NCBI RefSeq assembly: GCF_009914755.1
Contig: NC_060939.1
Source: the human T2T-CHM13v2.0 reference genome, Homo sapiens
Length of the DNA stretch: 64,000 nt
Strand: one strand, 5' to 3'
Numbering within the stretch: the first letter of the stretch is position 1; each line of letters opens with the position of its first letter. The notes beneath the pieces are model-generated. The model was not told where the DNA came from and did no database searches. It was given only the letters and a program-made list of their open reading frames with translations. Below, piece by piece: positions 1-13,310 of the stretch. A program made the translations under genes and the position numbers.

Positions 1-128
1 TGTATTTTTAGTAGAGATGGGGTTTCACCATGTTCATCCGTCTGGTCTCGAACTCCTGACCTCAAGTGATCTGCCTGCCTCGGCCCCCAAAGTGCTGGGA
101 TTATAGGCGTGAGCCACCGCACCCGGCC
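1..128 (-). mobile_element. AluS left arm (cut by window edge)
   Basis: Reverse-complement Alu: ...ctcctgacctcaagtgatc...gagccaccgcacccggcc. Confidence 0.95.
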
Positions 129-831
129 CATTCATTTCTTAAATTGTGAGTTTACATTCAGTTCTCTATGTTTTCAAGAAAATTTAGAAATTCATTCTGA
201 TCTTTAGAGTATTAGCTATACTATATGCTGTTTTAGAGGACTGTTTTTTCTTCCATTCATTGAAAGCATTTTATGTTCAAAACTTTGTGCCTGAGGGAGA
301 GATACCAGCCAAATATTATGATATAAATATCTCTCTACTACTATTTTTAAGGATAGTCTTTCCTTTGAAGACATATGATCAGGGTGTCATTATTAGAAAA
401 ACATTAGTTGATACTTCCTAGTATTTCTGGGTGTTCTTAGGTATTCTTTAAATAAACAAAAATAGATAAAGCAACAAAACCCATGGTGGAATATTTGGAG
501 AACCCTTGATTAAACAAAGTTAAATTGATTTCCTTAGCATACCTCTTTAATACTCATGTACATTTTTTTAATCTCCCAGAAGAATTCTAGTATTGCATAT
601 ACTATATAAACACTGCACGTGTTTCCTAGATTTATATGATTGTGGTATTTTTTGTGAGAGGTAGCTTAAGGGATCAGTGGTCCGTGGAATAAACTTGAGG
701 AAATGCTGACTTAGCCTTCCTTCAACTGTCTCCCATAGATCTCATTTCTGCTGTTGTAGCAAAACAGAATGAACCTGTATCCTCCTCTATATAACAGTTT
801 TTGAGTATTTTAATAATTTTTTAAAAATGTA

Positions 832-1143
832 TTTTAATTTTTGTTTTTGTTTTTATTTGTAGACAGGGCCTTGGTCTGTCACCCAGGCTGGAGTGCAGTG
901 GTGCAGTCATGGCTCACTTTAAGCCTTGGCTTCCTGGGCTCAAGCAGTCCTCTTACTTCAGCCTCCTGAGTAGCTAGGATTACAGGTGCATGCCACCATG
1001 CCTGGCTAATTTTTAGATTTTTTTGTAGAGACAGGGTCTCACTATGCTGCCCAGGCTGGTCTCGAACTCCTGACCTCAACCCATTCTCCTGCCTTAGCCT
1101 CCCAAAGTGCTGAGATTACAGGTGTGAGCTACCACCCTCAGTC
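832..1143 (-). mobile_element. AluJ
   Basis: T-rich tail, agacagggcc...ctgggctcaagcagtcctc J-type right arm, full dimer. Confidence 0.9.
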
Positions 1144-1585
1144 TGAGTATTTTACGGAAGCTAAATAGTCACCCTAAGCTTTTTATTTTCCAGGTGAAAA
1201 GTCCGCTGCCCTTCAGTGGATTCTTATTATACTCTTATTTGGTAGACCTTTTTTCCAAACTTACTGTATTTTATTGGATATATTGCTATTACTTTTATTA
1301 GACTGTAAGGTCATTTATGACAAGGGATGTCTAATTTTTCTGTGGTTTGCAATGTCTGTCATAGTACCATTCATGTACTATGTGCTTAATAATAAATTGA
1401 ACTGAACACTCTTTTATGATTTTTATTTCAGTATATTATCACCACAAAAATTAAAAGGAACCAGTGATGTAATAGATATTTAAAATTCCATGTTGAGATT
1501 AGATAAGGTTTTTATTCTCACGGACTATACTTATTTTTACCAGAAATTATGACTTTGCCAGTACTGGATTTAAGATTGCTATTAA

Positions 1586-1868
<283 letters not shown>

Positions 1869-1908
1869 TAGCTATTCATTTAAAATTACTTTCCTTTTGA
1901 AAATGATT

Positions 1909-2217
<309 letters not shown>

Positions 2218-2789
2218 ATGAGATATGGCAATTAACAAGCTAGATAAAGCATATTTGGCACCATGTTAACTAGATTTTTTTAGGTAAGTACTTTGAGGAA
2301 TTACTGCTTCGTAATTGTGTCATTTGTAAGGTTAATGAAATGTTTTAAAGATCTTAGCTTCTTTCAGAGTCTATACATTGTATTCTACAAAGTATAGGTA
2401 TTCACATCGTATGTGAAACATTTCCTCAGTTTCTTTTTAAAGAAAATTAAGTATCCTGATATATAGCTAAATATTCTTCTGCAAGAAACAGTAAACCATG
2501 TAGATGAAAATAAGGTTATTTCCTTATCTACCAATATTAAAATGTTTTCAGAAAGGCAAGCATGGGGTCAGTATTTTCTGTCTTTCCCCACAACTATTTG
2601 TAGAAAGACATTCCTAGCAAACTACTTTGAGTAGATAAAAACAAAAAAGGTATGATGTGTTCTGTTTGACGTGTATTCTGTTTGAGGAGGACAATCAGTA
2701 AAAAAGATAAAATGAAGAATTTGTTTAAGAGAATTTTTTGGAGTATGGTAAATGTTCTTCACGTTGTTATAAGAGAAAGAATTATGTAT

Positions 2790-2920
2790 TGAGATCCCTC
2801 ACCCTGCCATAAACTGTTAATATTGGACAAGTCACTTTACCTTTTTGGTCCTAAGTTTCTTCCTTTGTAAAATGAAGAGGTAGTATTAGATTATCCCTAA
2901 GGTCTTTTCCAGCTTTCCAG
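2790..2920 (+). mobile_element. MIR-family SINE fragment
   Basis: ttggacaagtcactttacc...agtttcttcctttgtaaaatgaagagg MIR core. Confidence 0.7.
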
Positions 2921-3022
2921 TGATTTTTTGTATAATGAAAACTGACTAATATGATAAGTCTGAGATGCCGACAGATTGAGAAATACCTTCTGAAAACTCA
3001 AGGAAAATGATGTAACAAATAT

Positions 3023-3029
3023 TTTTCCT

Positions 3030-3081
<52 letters not shown>

Positions 3082-3222
3082 TTTCTTTCTTTCTTTCTTT
3101 CTCTCTTTCCCTCCCTTCCTTCCTTCCTTCCTTCCTTCCTCTTTCTTTGTTTCTTTGTTTCTTTCTTTTTTCTTTCTTTCTCTCTGTCTCTCTCTCTCTC
3201 TCGCTCTCTCTCTCTCTTTCTC
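3023..3222. repeat. Compound (TTTC)n/(TTCC)n/(TC)n microsatellite grown from an Alu tail
   Basis: Direct reading; abuts the antisense AluJ. Confidence 0.95.
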
Positions 3223-3499
3223 TCACTGGAGTGCAGTGGCATGATCATGATCATAGCTCAGTGCAATCTTGAACTCCTGGGCTCAAGCCATCCTCATGCT
3301 TTTGCCTCTTGAGTAGCTGGGACTACAGGCACATGCCACCAGGCCTGGCTGATTTCTTTTTTTTTTTTTCCCTGTAGAGATGAGGTCTCACTTTGTTGCC
3401 CAGACTGGTTGTGTACTCCTGGCATCAAACATCAAACATTCCTCCCTCCATTTCCTCCCAAAGTGCCGAGATTACAGGTGTGAGCCACTGTGCCTGGCT
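3223..3499 (-). mobile_element. AluJ
   Basis: ctggagtgcagtggcatgatc...gagccactgtgcctggct. Confidence 0.9.
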
Positions 3500-3600
3500 G
3501 TGTGTTTTTTTGGATATATTTTATTGTCTTAATTTTTTAAAAAATTGTTATTTGTGTTATATATGGTAACTCCACTCACATTAGCCATGTAAAAATACCC

Positions 3601-3753
3601 TTTTTTTTTCTTTTTTTCTTTTTTTCGAGACAGGGTTTTGCTCTGTTACCCATGTTGGAGTATAGTGGTGCAGTTATAGCTGGGTTGAAGTGATCCTCTT
3701 GCTTCAGCTCCCAAGTAACTAGGACTACAGGCATGCACCACCATGCCTGGCTA
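3601..3753 (-). mobile_element. Alu right monomer (FRAM/AluJ fragment, internally deleted)
   Basis: gagacagggttttgctctgttaccc...caggcatgcaccaccatgcctggcta. Confidence 0.8.
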
Positions 3754-4342
3754 CATTAACTATTTTTACTCAATAGGTTTTTCTTGAAGCCATCATGATT
3801 AATGAATGCTTATTTTTAAATTTTCTTAAATCCTTTAGACATTAGTTTATTGAAGTCCTTATTGTCCAAGTATTCATAATCCCAGGTTTTTACAGGTAGA
3901 GATTACAGAGGGAAACAAAAGTTTTCATCTCTACAGTCATTTCCATTCAAACATCCCACAGCTGTAGTGTCTAGCCATGTCCATTGCGTCAAAATCTTTA
4001 TTGGTTGCTCTCTAGTGACAGTATACTTTAAATTGAACATAAAGCAAAATTGTAGATAATGCAAAATTGCAATATTTCATGATGTCCATGAAAGGGCCTT
4101 TGGTATCTAAAGTGGTTTAGATACCAAAGAATTAAGAGGTAACTTTGTGGAAAATTTACCTTTGTTTGGATAAGCAAAGTCAACTTGTGTTGATTCTCCT
4201 CAGAATTAGCACATGGTTATAATAATGACCTAAATTTGTAAAATAAAATGCTATAAGCTCTTCTAAAAATAATTTTCATTTTGAAGTTAAAGTCCCAGTC
4301 AAACCTTCTTTTCAATACTTAACTATGAAAATTTGGTCCTGC

Positions 4343-4643
4343 TTTTTTGTTGTTGTTTTGAGAGAGGGTCCTTCTCTGTCACTCACGCTGTAGTGCAAGG
4401 GTATGATCCTGGCTTACTGCACCCTCTGCCTCCAGGGCTCAAGCAGTCCTCCCACCTCAGCCTCCCAAGTAGCTGGGAGGACTACAGGCGCACTTCATCA
4501 AGCCTGGCTAATTTTGTATTTTTAGTGGAGATGGGGTTTTGCCATGTTGCCCAGGCTGGTCTCACACTCCTGGGCTCAAGCAGTCTGTCCTCCTCAGCCT
4601 CCCAAAGTGCTGGGATTACAGGTATGAACCACTGTGTGTGGCC
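4343..4643 (-). mobile_element. AluJb-like
   Basis: Full dimer; TSD-like tggtcctg(c/t)tttt on both sides. Confidence 0.9.
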
Positions 4644-5518
4644 TAATGGTCCTGTTTTTATATGGATGAACTAGGTGGCTTTTAAAAAAATCCAGTGCCA
4701 GTTATCTGTGAATCCTAAGTATTCTGTAGATTTATAGCCAAAGATGAGAATGGCGAAATTTCCTGATACACAGTACTATTTTTGCTGTCACCATTAGAAA
4801 GCATTTATTGAATATTCTTCTTTACTGTTTGTATGTGGTGTGTTAAATTGATGCTCTTACCTTTACAGCAAGGGAGTTGGAGAAAACAGAAGAAACACTG
4901 AAAAAATATCAGGATTATAGACAAGCAAAGATTAAGTTCACGTAGGACATTTCTTAATTTCTCAACTCAAATTTATTGTGCTACATGAAGTTCTAGGTTC
5001 CACAGGTGATGTCCTTTTTGTCCCTGGATGGCTCATATACTTAACCCAAGTCGAAGTTAAACATTTTTCATAGAATTTTCCACATACAATTTGAAAATAA
5101 CATAAAGCTCTGTGTGACTCTATGTAAAACTAACTGTTTTATGGATGAAATAAGGTATTTGGATTTATATATTTGAGGGTAAATATAAGTAACCTGTTGG
5201 GGAAAGCACAGGGACTCTGTAAGTGTGGAAGTCAGGTTTACAGGTAGTGCGTTCTTTATCCATTGTGAGTTTGGACATTTAACATAGGTTTATGAGCAAG
5301 TTCTGACTCTTTACTCTGCATAACTGATTTTATTTCCTTTTGCACGCAGTACATGTTTTACTTAGTTGTGTCCAATCCCAAAGTCCCCTCCCTTTTTTTT
5401 AAAAAAACTCCTTAACTATAAGAGAAGGCCAGGGAATGTTCAAAATCTAAAATTTGGACTCAAGTCGAGAACATTGATAAAACATTCATTATATTTGCTG
5501 GTGGGCAAGCAGAAGTCA

Positions 5519-5612
5519 GCCTGTAATTCCAACACTTTGGGAGGCCACGGCAAGAGGATTGCTTGAGGCCAGGAGTTCAAGAGCAGCCCCCATCTCTACC
5601 AGAAAAAGTCCA
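5519..5612 (+). mobile_element. Alu left-monomer fragment (FLAM-like)
   Basis: gcctgtaattccaacactttgggaggcc...gaggccaggagttcaagagcagcc. Confidence 0.8.
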
Positions 5613-6373
5613 GAAAACAAAAATAAACAAGACATGCAGCCTATCTTTAAGTTAAAAAAAATTATTTATAAAAGTAAGATTTTAAAATAAGCCTGCCATA
5701 GTACCGATATGACAAAGAGTAGAAAAAAGGGAAAAGGAAAGACACATTAGAAGCAGTTCACTTTCTTTCACTGGAAGAGGATTTTTTGACTCTTAGGTGG
5801 TCAGAGCTGATCTCTTTTGTAGGAGGTACTTTTTTATGAAGGGAAGCTTTTTTCCTGCTCCTTAAAGCAAAAATAAGGAAAATTGTTACTGCCTAATTTG
5901 CTGAGTATTTAAAAACAGCTCCAGGGTGAGTGAGAAACGTGTTTACTGAAGTTCATGGATAGTTTCTGATATGACTGATGTGGCCAGTCTAGTTCTAGAA
6001 AATGTTTGGAGACTCTTGATTTAGGAGGATGATTAAAAACCATTCTTTCAGGAGGGTAAGTCCTCAGATGTTCTTGGTGTTGTATAACTTAAAATATAAT
6101 TTCTGGTAGTTCATGTGGCCCCATTTTTATGTAGTCGTATTGCTGTGAGTCAGAGTTGGACAGGTAGAACTGAACTTTTAAAAATTTTTACGAGTTGGAA
6201 AATTCCCAGGTCCTTTTTAAGGTAAGTGAGGTGGGACTTTGAGTTTGTGCTGGCTTTCTACTGGACTTAACTTGACACCATCAATCTAGACTCTGTATAA
6301 AATGGTTCATAAGAATTTTGTTCACTGTAGCAATCATTTTTTAAAAAAATTAAATGCTGAAGAAACAAAAGAT

Positions 6374-6784
6374 ACTAATGTGGTTTGGGTGTTTGTGCCC
6401 TCCAAACCTCTATTTGAAATGTGATTCCCAGTGTTGGAGGTGGGGTCCTGCTAGGAGTAATTGAATCATGGGGGCAGATCCTTCAGAATGGTTTAGAACC
6501 ATCTGCTTGGTGATAAGTAAGGTCTCATTCAGTTAGTTCATGTGAGATCTGGTTGTTTATAAGTCAGGGATCCACCCCCTCTTGTTCCTGCTCTCCCCAT
6601 GTGAGACACCTGCCCCCCGCTTTTCCTTCTATCATGATTGTAAGCCTCCTGAGGCCCTCATCAGAAGCACATTCTAGGTCTTTGCTTCTACAGCCTGCAG
6701 AACCGTGAGCCAATTAAACCTCTGTTCTTTGTAAATTCCTCAGCCTCAGGTATTTCTTTATAGCAGTGTGAGAACGGCTTAATA
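6374..6784 (+). mobile_element. MaLR solo LTR (MSTA/MSTB-like)
   Basis: tggtttgggtgtttgtgccctccaaacctc...gaaccgtgagccaattaaacctct...tatttctttatagcagtgtgagaacgg. Confidence 0.85.
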
Positions 6785-7754
6785 AAAAAACTGTGTTTTA
6801 CAAAAGCATCTCCACCCTCCACAATTAGCCAGAGGCTTCCTTCATTAACAAAGACCCTTGTTCTTACCCCTCAAGAAGAAACCCACCATAACCAGCCCAC
6901 TGTCACCCCTAATTTGCAGACACCAAAACAGTCCTGGAATGCTAATTACAGGACCCCCCAGTCTTCCTACCCTCTCCACCCTCAAGAAACCCCCAGTGCC
7001 TTGTATGCAAAAACTGATTTTCAGTTCAGGTGATTACAGAGAGTCTGTGGGCAGACTTTCCATCAATTTTTAAAGTATTTTATGATTTCAAGGGCTTGTA
7101 AGAGAAGTGATTACATTTTGAGAAACAGCTATGAAAATGGATTTGGATGTGTTTTCCTACATTTCTTCATGTAATTAATTCATATTCTAACCTTGCTGCT
7201 TGTAATGGTGTGTATAGGAAATGATACTTTTACTGATAGGATCTCTGAATCATTTCTAAGTGTTTGTATTCTGCTATTAAATTTCAGGACAGCATTTTCT
7301 TCTTAAGCAGGGATCTTAATAGGAGAGTATCTTTCTGGTTTTTAATTTGCTTACAGAAAATGGAATACTTACATGGGGAATTTCTATTCTGATTAGAAAT
7401 TAAAATATAAAAACCACATAAAACAGACCATGAATAATCTAACATTTAATATACTACATTAATATATATATTCAATTACTGTTATTAGAAAGAAAGAAGT
7501 GTTGTCCTAGCCTGGAAAATAATGGTAATAGATATATACACTGAGATATTTAATATGTTCATAACTTGGTATGTATTTTTTTAAAGGAAAATATTTTGGT
7601 TCAGTTAGAACTGTTAGAGAAGTAGTGGTAGCTTTTTCATTCTTCCGTATTGTTTCTTCACCTATTAAGATATATAAGTAGAAACTATTATTCTAACTCT
7701 TGTACGCCGCATTGATCTACAAGTGTGGCTCTCAGGAATTATTAACAGATTGGA

Positions 7755-8050
7755 ATCCATGGGATGCCTGAGATAGAGTTTAGTGTGCAGGATATTCATT
7801 GAGTACCCTTTGGATCAACATCTGTGAAACAGAGGGGAAGGAAGCAGGATTGGACAGAGGGAAAAGTTGAGTTGTGATTCGGTTCCAGTGACATCCTCGA
7901 CTAAGTCCTCAGCTGGACTTCAATTTCTAGGCCCTTATATAGCTTTGCATTGGTTGTGGGCTGCCCTGGGAAAGGAGCATAATCTTGGGCAATCTGCTCA
8001 GGCAGCCTGAGTCCTCCATTAAGGGGAACTTGGTGGTTTGTCAGAATACT
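7755..8050 (-). mobile_element. ERVL LTR fragment (LTR16-like)
   Basis: ggatcaacatctgtgaa...gaaggaagcaggattggacagagggaaaagttgagttg, resembling LTR16 in antisense. Confidence 0.55.
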
Positions 8051-8523
8051 CTCTACAGGAATATTCCATTGAATCTGGTTTGGTTTCTTTGCTTATTTTT
8101 CTTTCTAGTTTCCCTTATGCTTCAGGGATCAGTTATATTATTTTTCTTTATTTTTCTGTGATCGAGAGTAAGAGGCTCTGATTTAACTGCTTTAAAGATT
8201 TACTAAGTCTCTAAGAGTTAGTACTTTTAGAAATTGTTTTGGGATCATTATATGTAAGATACCGCAGATTTTTTTTTTTTATGTGTGTGAAACTGTATGA
8301 TAGTATGGTATTTCCATATACATAGTCTCTTCTCTAGGTTTCTTGAGATAATCTGCCTCAGATGGTGTGGCAGTGTGTTAGGAAGGCAAAGAGAATAAAA
8401 ATTAATATTTGGCATCAGACTTTCATTTATCCAGTAAATATTTATCGAGTGCCTACTATATTCCAGGCAATGTTATATAGACTTTGGGGAAAATAGAATT
8501 TTGCAGTAAGAAAATGAGCTTGA

Positions 8524-8853
<330 letters not shown>

Positions 8854-9239
8854 CAGTTGAAGTGTTTCAAAAGTCCTGTAGCTCATGAAGATCCGAGCCT
8901 GAAACAGTGAAGTAAGAGGATTTCTTCCATAATGTAGAGGAGATAACTATAGTGTAGAGAAGTTCATTAGACTTCTTTTTACCTGAAGAAACTACTTGTG
9001 CGTTTTTAAGTTAACACCTAAATTTCTAAATTACAAGTTGAATAATTGCATAAGATATAATTTGGATGTTTGGTATTGACATTTAAAAATAAAGTGGTTG
9101 CATTGCTCTTTTAAATGTATCCAGTGAAATCTAAATACCCTAGCAATTGGATACTTGCTTTCATCTCTTTTTTAAAAAAAAATGCTAAGGTGCAAGATGT
9201 TGGTGTTACAAAGTACTCTTAAGTTTCTGATGGAGAGGA

Positions 9240-9620
9240 CACTACTGTATTTCAGACTTGTGGCTCCTGCCAAAAATTGACATTGTTGTGTTGCGATGAT
9301 CTAGGTCACGTTGCATGGGTTCCTGTCTGCTGCTGGCATCTTGACTACATTGGACCTTTGACTCCTTGGGTCTATTGATACTACCTTACTGCTGTTGATA
9401 CCTTTTCATATCATAGTGTTGATGTACCAGTCTGATAAGCCAACTTCTCCACACTTGTGAACTTTGAAACTAATTTGTGTTATGTGTTCACTCAGCTTGT
9501 GGGACCATTTGCACCCTGATGATGGTATGCCTTCTATCCCAAAAGCCACTCTACAGTGGGCTGTTAGGCAGGATATTTAGTGGGCCTTCCTCATTCCCTA
9601 CCATCAGTGGAAATCCAATA
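9240..9620 (+). pseudogene. Decayed ERV integrase (class III/ERVL-like pol fragment)
   Basis: Single frame from 9253: QTCGSCQKL...CCWHLDYIGPLTPWVY*YYLTAVDTFSYHSVDVPV**ANFS. Contains the HHCC CxxC and W-x-x-D-Y-I-G-P-L / LTxVDTFS integrase motifs, with stops. Confidence 0.8.
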
Positions 9621-10095
9621 TTGTTGAGTGTTGGAGTGGTCACAAAATTGACTCAAAAAAAAAAAAATTTCTGACCTTCTCTCATTTCCTCCTGGTCCTT
9701 AGTAAGCAGTTTGGTCCCTTGAATGTGGCCTATCCCCAGAGAGGGAACATGTCCTATTTGCTGCTTCCTGGTTAATGATCAGGATGAAAGACCTTGGGAG
9801 TTACATAGATGTATTTTGAAAATTCCTGGGCATGATGTCTTTTTCTTTTTCTTTCTCTCAGAGGTTGCCACAGGCCAGCCTGCTAGGTACACCCTCCAGG
9901 TGGCAGCCTACCTAAAGGGGTCTTAGGGGATTAAGAATTATTTCTGGCTCAACAACTCAGATTCTTCTGCAGGGTTGACAGTCAGGTCAGAAGTATGATA
10001 ACCATTTGGTGAATATACAGATAACTAAGTTTCCCTACAGTGGTCCTTATGGGTCAAGATATGGGGGTGGGGAGGTATAATGGTTCTCTGGACCT

Positions 10096-10149
10096 TTATT
10101 ATTATTATTATTATTATTACTATTATTGTTATTATTATTATTATTATTA
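10096..10149. repeat. (TTA)n microsatellite
   Basis: Direct reading. Confidence 0.95.
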
Positions 10150-10199
10150 ATGTTCTCGTTTCTTTTGCAGTGACTCTTCCAGATGAAGGGTCTGAGTCT

Positions 10200-11760
10200 G
10201 AGGAGGAGATTATTATCAACAGTTACAAGTGCCTTAAATAGTCCAGGCGTGGTGGCTCACACCTGTAATTCCAGCACTTTGGGATGTGAGGCAGGCAGAT
10301 TGCTTGGGCTCAGGAGTTCAAGACTAGCCTGGCCAACATGGCGAAACCCTGTCTCTACAAAAAATAAAAAATTAGCCGGGTATGGTGGTACATACTTGTA
10401 ATTCTGGCTACTCAGGAGGCTGAGGTGGGAGGATCACCTGAGCCCTGGAGGCAGAGGTTGCAGTGAGCCAAGATTGTGCCACTGCACTCCAGCCTGGGCG
10501 ATAGAGCCAGACCTTGTCTTAATTGAAAAACCAAAACCAAAATTCAGATGCTTTAAATTTAACATAGTGCTAAGTCTCCCACCCGTTTCCAGATGGCTCA
10601 GCCCATGTTTTGGTTTTCATTCCCCATAACCAATGATGGCCCCAGCACTCTAACCTTCCATGCAAAATAGCTGTCAATATCTTCAGATGTCTTGCCCACC
10701 CCCATTTTTGTAGCCATTGCTCAGTTATTCCATAAAGTGGCTGAATGCCACCTTGCTGTTGTGTGGACAAACAGGAGAGGTTTGGCTGGCTGAGGTTTGG
10801 CTGAGTTTAGAAGTAGGGCAAAATCTCAGGCCCTTCATGGTTGACACTGAGATTATGGGTGCTGTCTCTGGAGTGTCCATTTGTGGGCTACATAGCCCCA
10901 TGTCATGTTTCTTAGACAGTTTCTCCAAAAAAACAAGGACTTAGAGACTCAGTTATTTGAACTAAAATAAGAATGCTAAGCCACACTATTCTGATGGAAG
11001 ACCTTGTTTGAAGTACTGTGGGCTTGTGCCCTGACTGATTTATATCTTACTTGTGGAGTTCCAACCATTGTAAACAACACTTCTTTCCAGGGCGATCTCA
11101 TGACTTCTTGGTCCCTTAGTTCTTATATAGAAGCCAGACATTAATTTGCCCCCTTACCAGAAACATAATGACTTGTATTGTAAGAGTGATTTTAAGAGAC
11201 CTTTAGGTATTTAAGGAAACATCATATAGTTCTCATATGATTGCTGAGATTTCTCCAAAATCAGGCTAACCTAGATTACTTGGGGGAATTTCCTGGAGGG
11301 GCTGACTCATTCATCATTTACGTGTACCCTGCAGGTAGTTTATCTCTAGGATGGAGTCATCCGGTTAGGATAGGTATTATGAAATCAGTCCCTGACTTCA
11401 GCTGAAATGATTAGTGTTAGGATTTTATCTCTAAAAGGTATTCAGGTCAGCATCAAGTCACTAGCCAGAATTGTTATGTATGATAGAATTGCCTGGGACT
11501 TCTTCATGGACCAGACAGATTACAAGGTAGATTCTGTGTAATTGCCAATGCATCTTCCTATACCTGGATTAATGCTTTAGTTTAAGTGGAAAGGTCAACA
11601 CAGAAACATGAGGAGGAAGCCAGTTGAATTTCTAAGGTAGACTTTGATGGTTTATGGGATTTGTTTAGCTGATTTTGTCCAAGACCCTAGAGGACCTAGT
11701 GGAAGTCAGTACTGTAGATTGACCTCACCTTGCTGCTCAGAGTTCCTGTTTGTAGTAGCC
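10200..11760 (+). pseudogene. Decayed gamma-type retroviral env (SU + TM)
   Basis: SU: ALNLT*C*VSHP (degenerate CWxC) at ~10550 and CALTDLYLTCG at ~11025. TM: IQVSIKSLARIVMYDRIAWDFF (ISD-like), then after a frameshift QGRFCVIANASSYTWINAL (degenerate CX6CC) and DGLWDLFS*. Confidence 0.7.
10241..10542 (+). mobile_element. Alu (Jb/S-like) inserted in the ERV env relic
   Basis: Full dimer; degenerate TSD tgc(c/t)ttaaat. Confidence 0.9.
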
Positions 11761-11903
11761 TTAATTACATAATTCATAAGGCAAATTAAATACATTTGGT
11801 CCTCCCTTTGTTGGTCAGATTAATCAGCTTGGTTGATAGAATGGCATACTTATAGAAAAATTGACTGGGAGCCTAAGACAATGTAGAAGCAAAGGGTACA
11901 TAT

Positions 11904-12402
11904 TGTTAGAAGGTGATTTTCCTTGGGCCTCTTGCATTTCCATGTTTTACAAGCAGAAGCACTGACTGCCTTTGTTTTGGACTGTCCTTTCAAGGATGCT
12001 TGTATACTAAACAGCCATGGAAAGTAGACATAGTTTCTCCCTCTGGAACAAAGGGCAGGTATGTTTACTGTGTATATGGAGAGAGAATTTATCTCTCCAG
12101 AGCAAAAGTCAGCCATACTTACTGTGCATTATAGATCTGGGCTTCCTAAACTCAGGCTTCCTTTCCTGTAAACGCACTGGGCATGCAGACATCCATTTGG
12201 GCTCATCCGTGTTGCTGTCATGACAGTGGGGATAAGGGAACTGATGCAAATATGCTGATATATTCTTGCTGGGATGTGACTAATAAAGTCATTTGTCTCT
12301 GATCTGAGTCTCCTGTCTTCTACCTTCATCCTTGAAAGGGTGGCAGGCTACCTTGTTAGTTTACAAGTAGGGCAAAATCTCAGGCCCTTGACACAGTTGA
12401 CA
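11904..12402 (+). mobile_element. ERVL 3' LTR (LTR40-like; subfamily tentative)
   Basis: TG...CA ends (tgttagaagg...cagttgaca); AATAAA at 12282-12287; lies directly 3' of the env relic. Confidence 0.7.
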
Positions 12403-12569
12403 CTGAGATTATGGGTGCTCTCTCTAGAGTGTCCATTTGAGGGCCTCGTAGCCCCATGTAATAAAAGATCCATTTGAGAAGTAAATAAAAATTTCAAAGG
12501 CATATACCCTTCAGCCTAGCAATGCCATTTAAATGTATATGCCCTCTAGCTGACTTAAGGAGAGTCACA

Positions 12570-12776
12570 AGTTATCGCCCTTGAGACAAATCTGGCTCAC
12601 TGCTTATTTCTTGTAAATGAAGATTTGTTGTAACATAGCCGCACCAATATTTATTGGTATTGCCTATCATTGCTTTTGCACTACAAGGCACAATTGGGTA
12701 GTTGCAACAGAACCATATGGGCAAAGCCAAAAATAATTCTTAACTGTTCCTTTAAGAAAAAGTTTGCAGGGCCCTG
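12570..12776 (+). mobile_element. MER58A-like hAT-Charlie MITE
   Basis: caaatctggctcactgc...ttgtaaatgaag...gttgcaacaga...aaaaagtttgcagggccctg. Confidence 0.75.
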
Positions 12777-13310
12777 CTTTAGCATGCTAGCCCAACATTG
12801 TTTACTTTAAATATATGTGCAAAAGTAGGTATACAAAGTAGGTATATCAAAATAGGCATACAAAGATGTTCAGTGCAGAATTATTGGTAATATTTTTTAA
12901 AACCCACCAGTTAAACTGTAAGCAACCTCAGGAGATGTGAGAAGGTCTAATTTTCTTTCTTTTTTTTTTTTTTTTTTTGCCTGAACATTGCCTCATTCTT
13001 TAGATTTTAAAAAGTCATACCTTGCAATGAATTCCTGGTGACTCTGGTATGTGGCCTTACATACTTGTTCTTTAAATATACATGTATATTTCTTCTTCTT
13101 CACCCAGTTTTAGAAAAGAAGGGATTGTCACATAATATAATCTGGGAAAGAAGGCAAGGGACACCAGATTATTTTGGTAAACCTCCATGTATCACAAACT
13201 CCAGGGAGTGTAAGAATCACCCAGTGAGGGTTGAGGTGTTACTGTTGAATTTTACATTTTAGTAGAAGGATCTTGGAAAGCCAGTCAAAAAGTAATTTAG
13301 GACACTAAAG

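Noticed and set aside
480-710. Possible hAT-Charlie MER fragment ending ...gaggaaatgctg
   Set aside because: Too degenerate to assign by eye
2897-3254. K/E/R-rich ORFs (109 and 102 aa)
   Set aside because: Translation of the (GAAA)n/(GA)n microsatellite
10717-10944. Overlapping ORFs on both strands in the ERV region
   Set aside because: Short chance ORFs spanning a duplicated LTR/flank segment in a stop-riddled relic; no intact env
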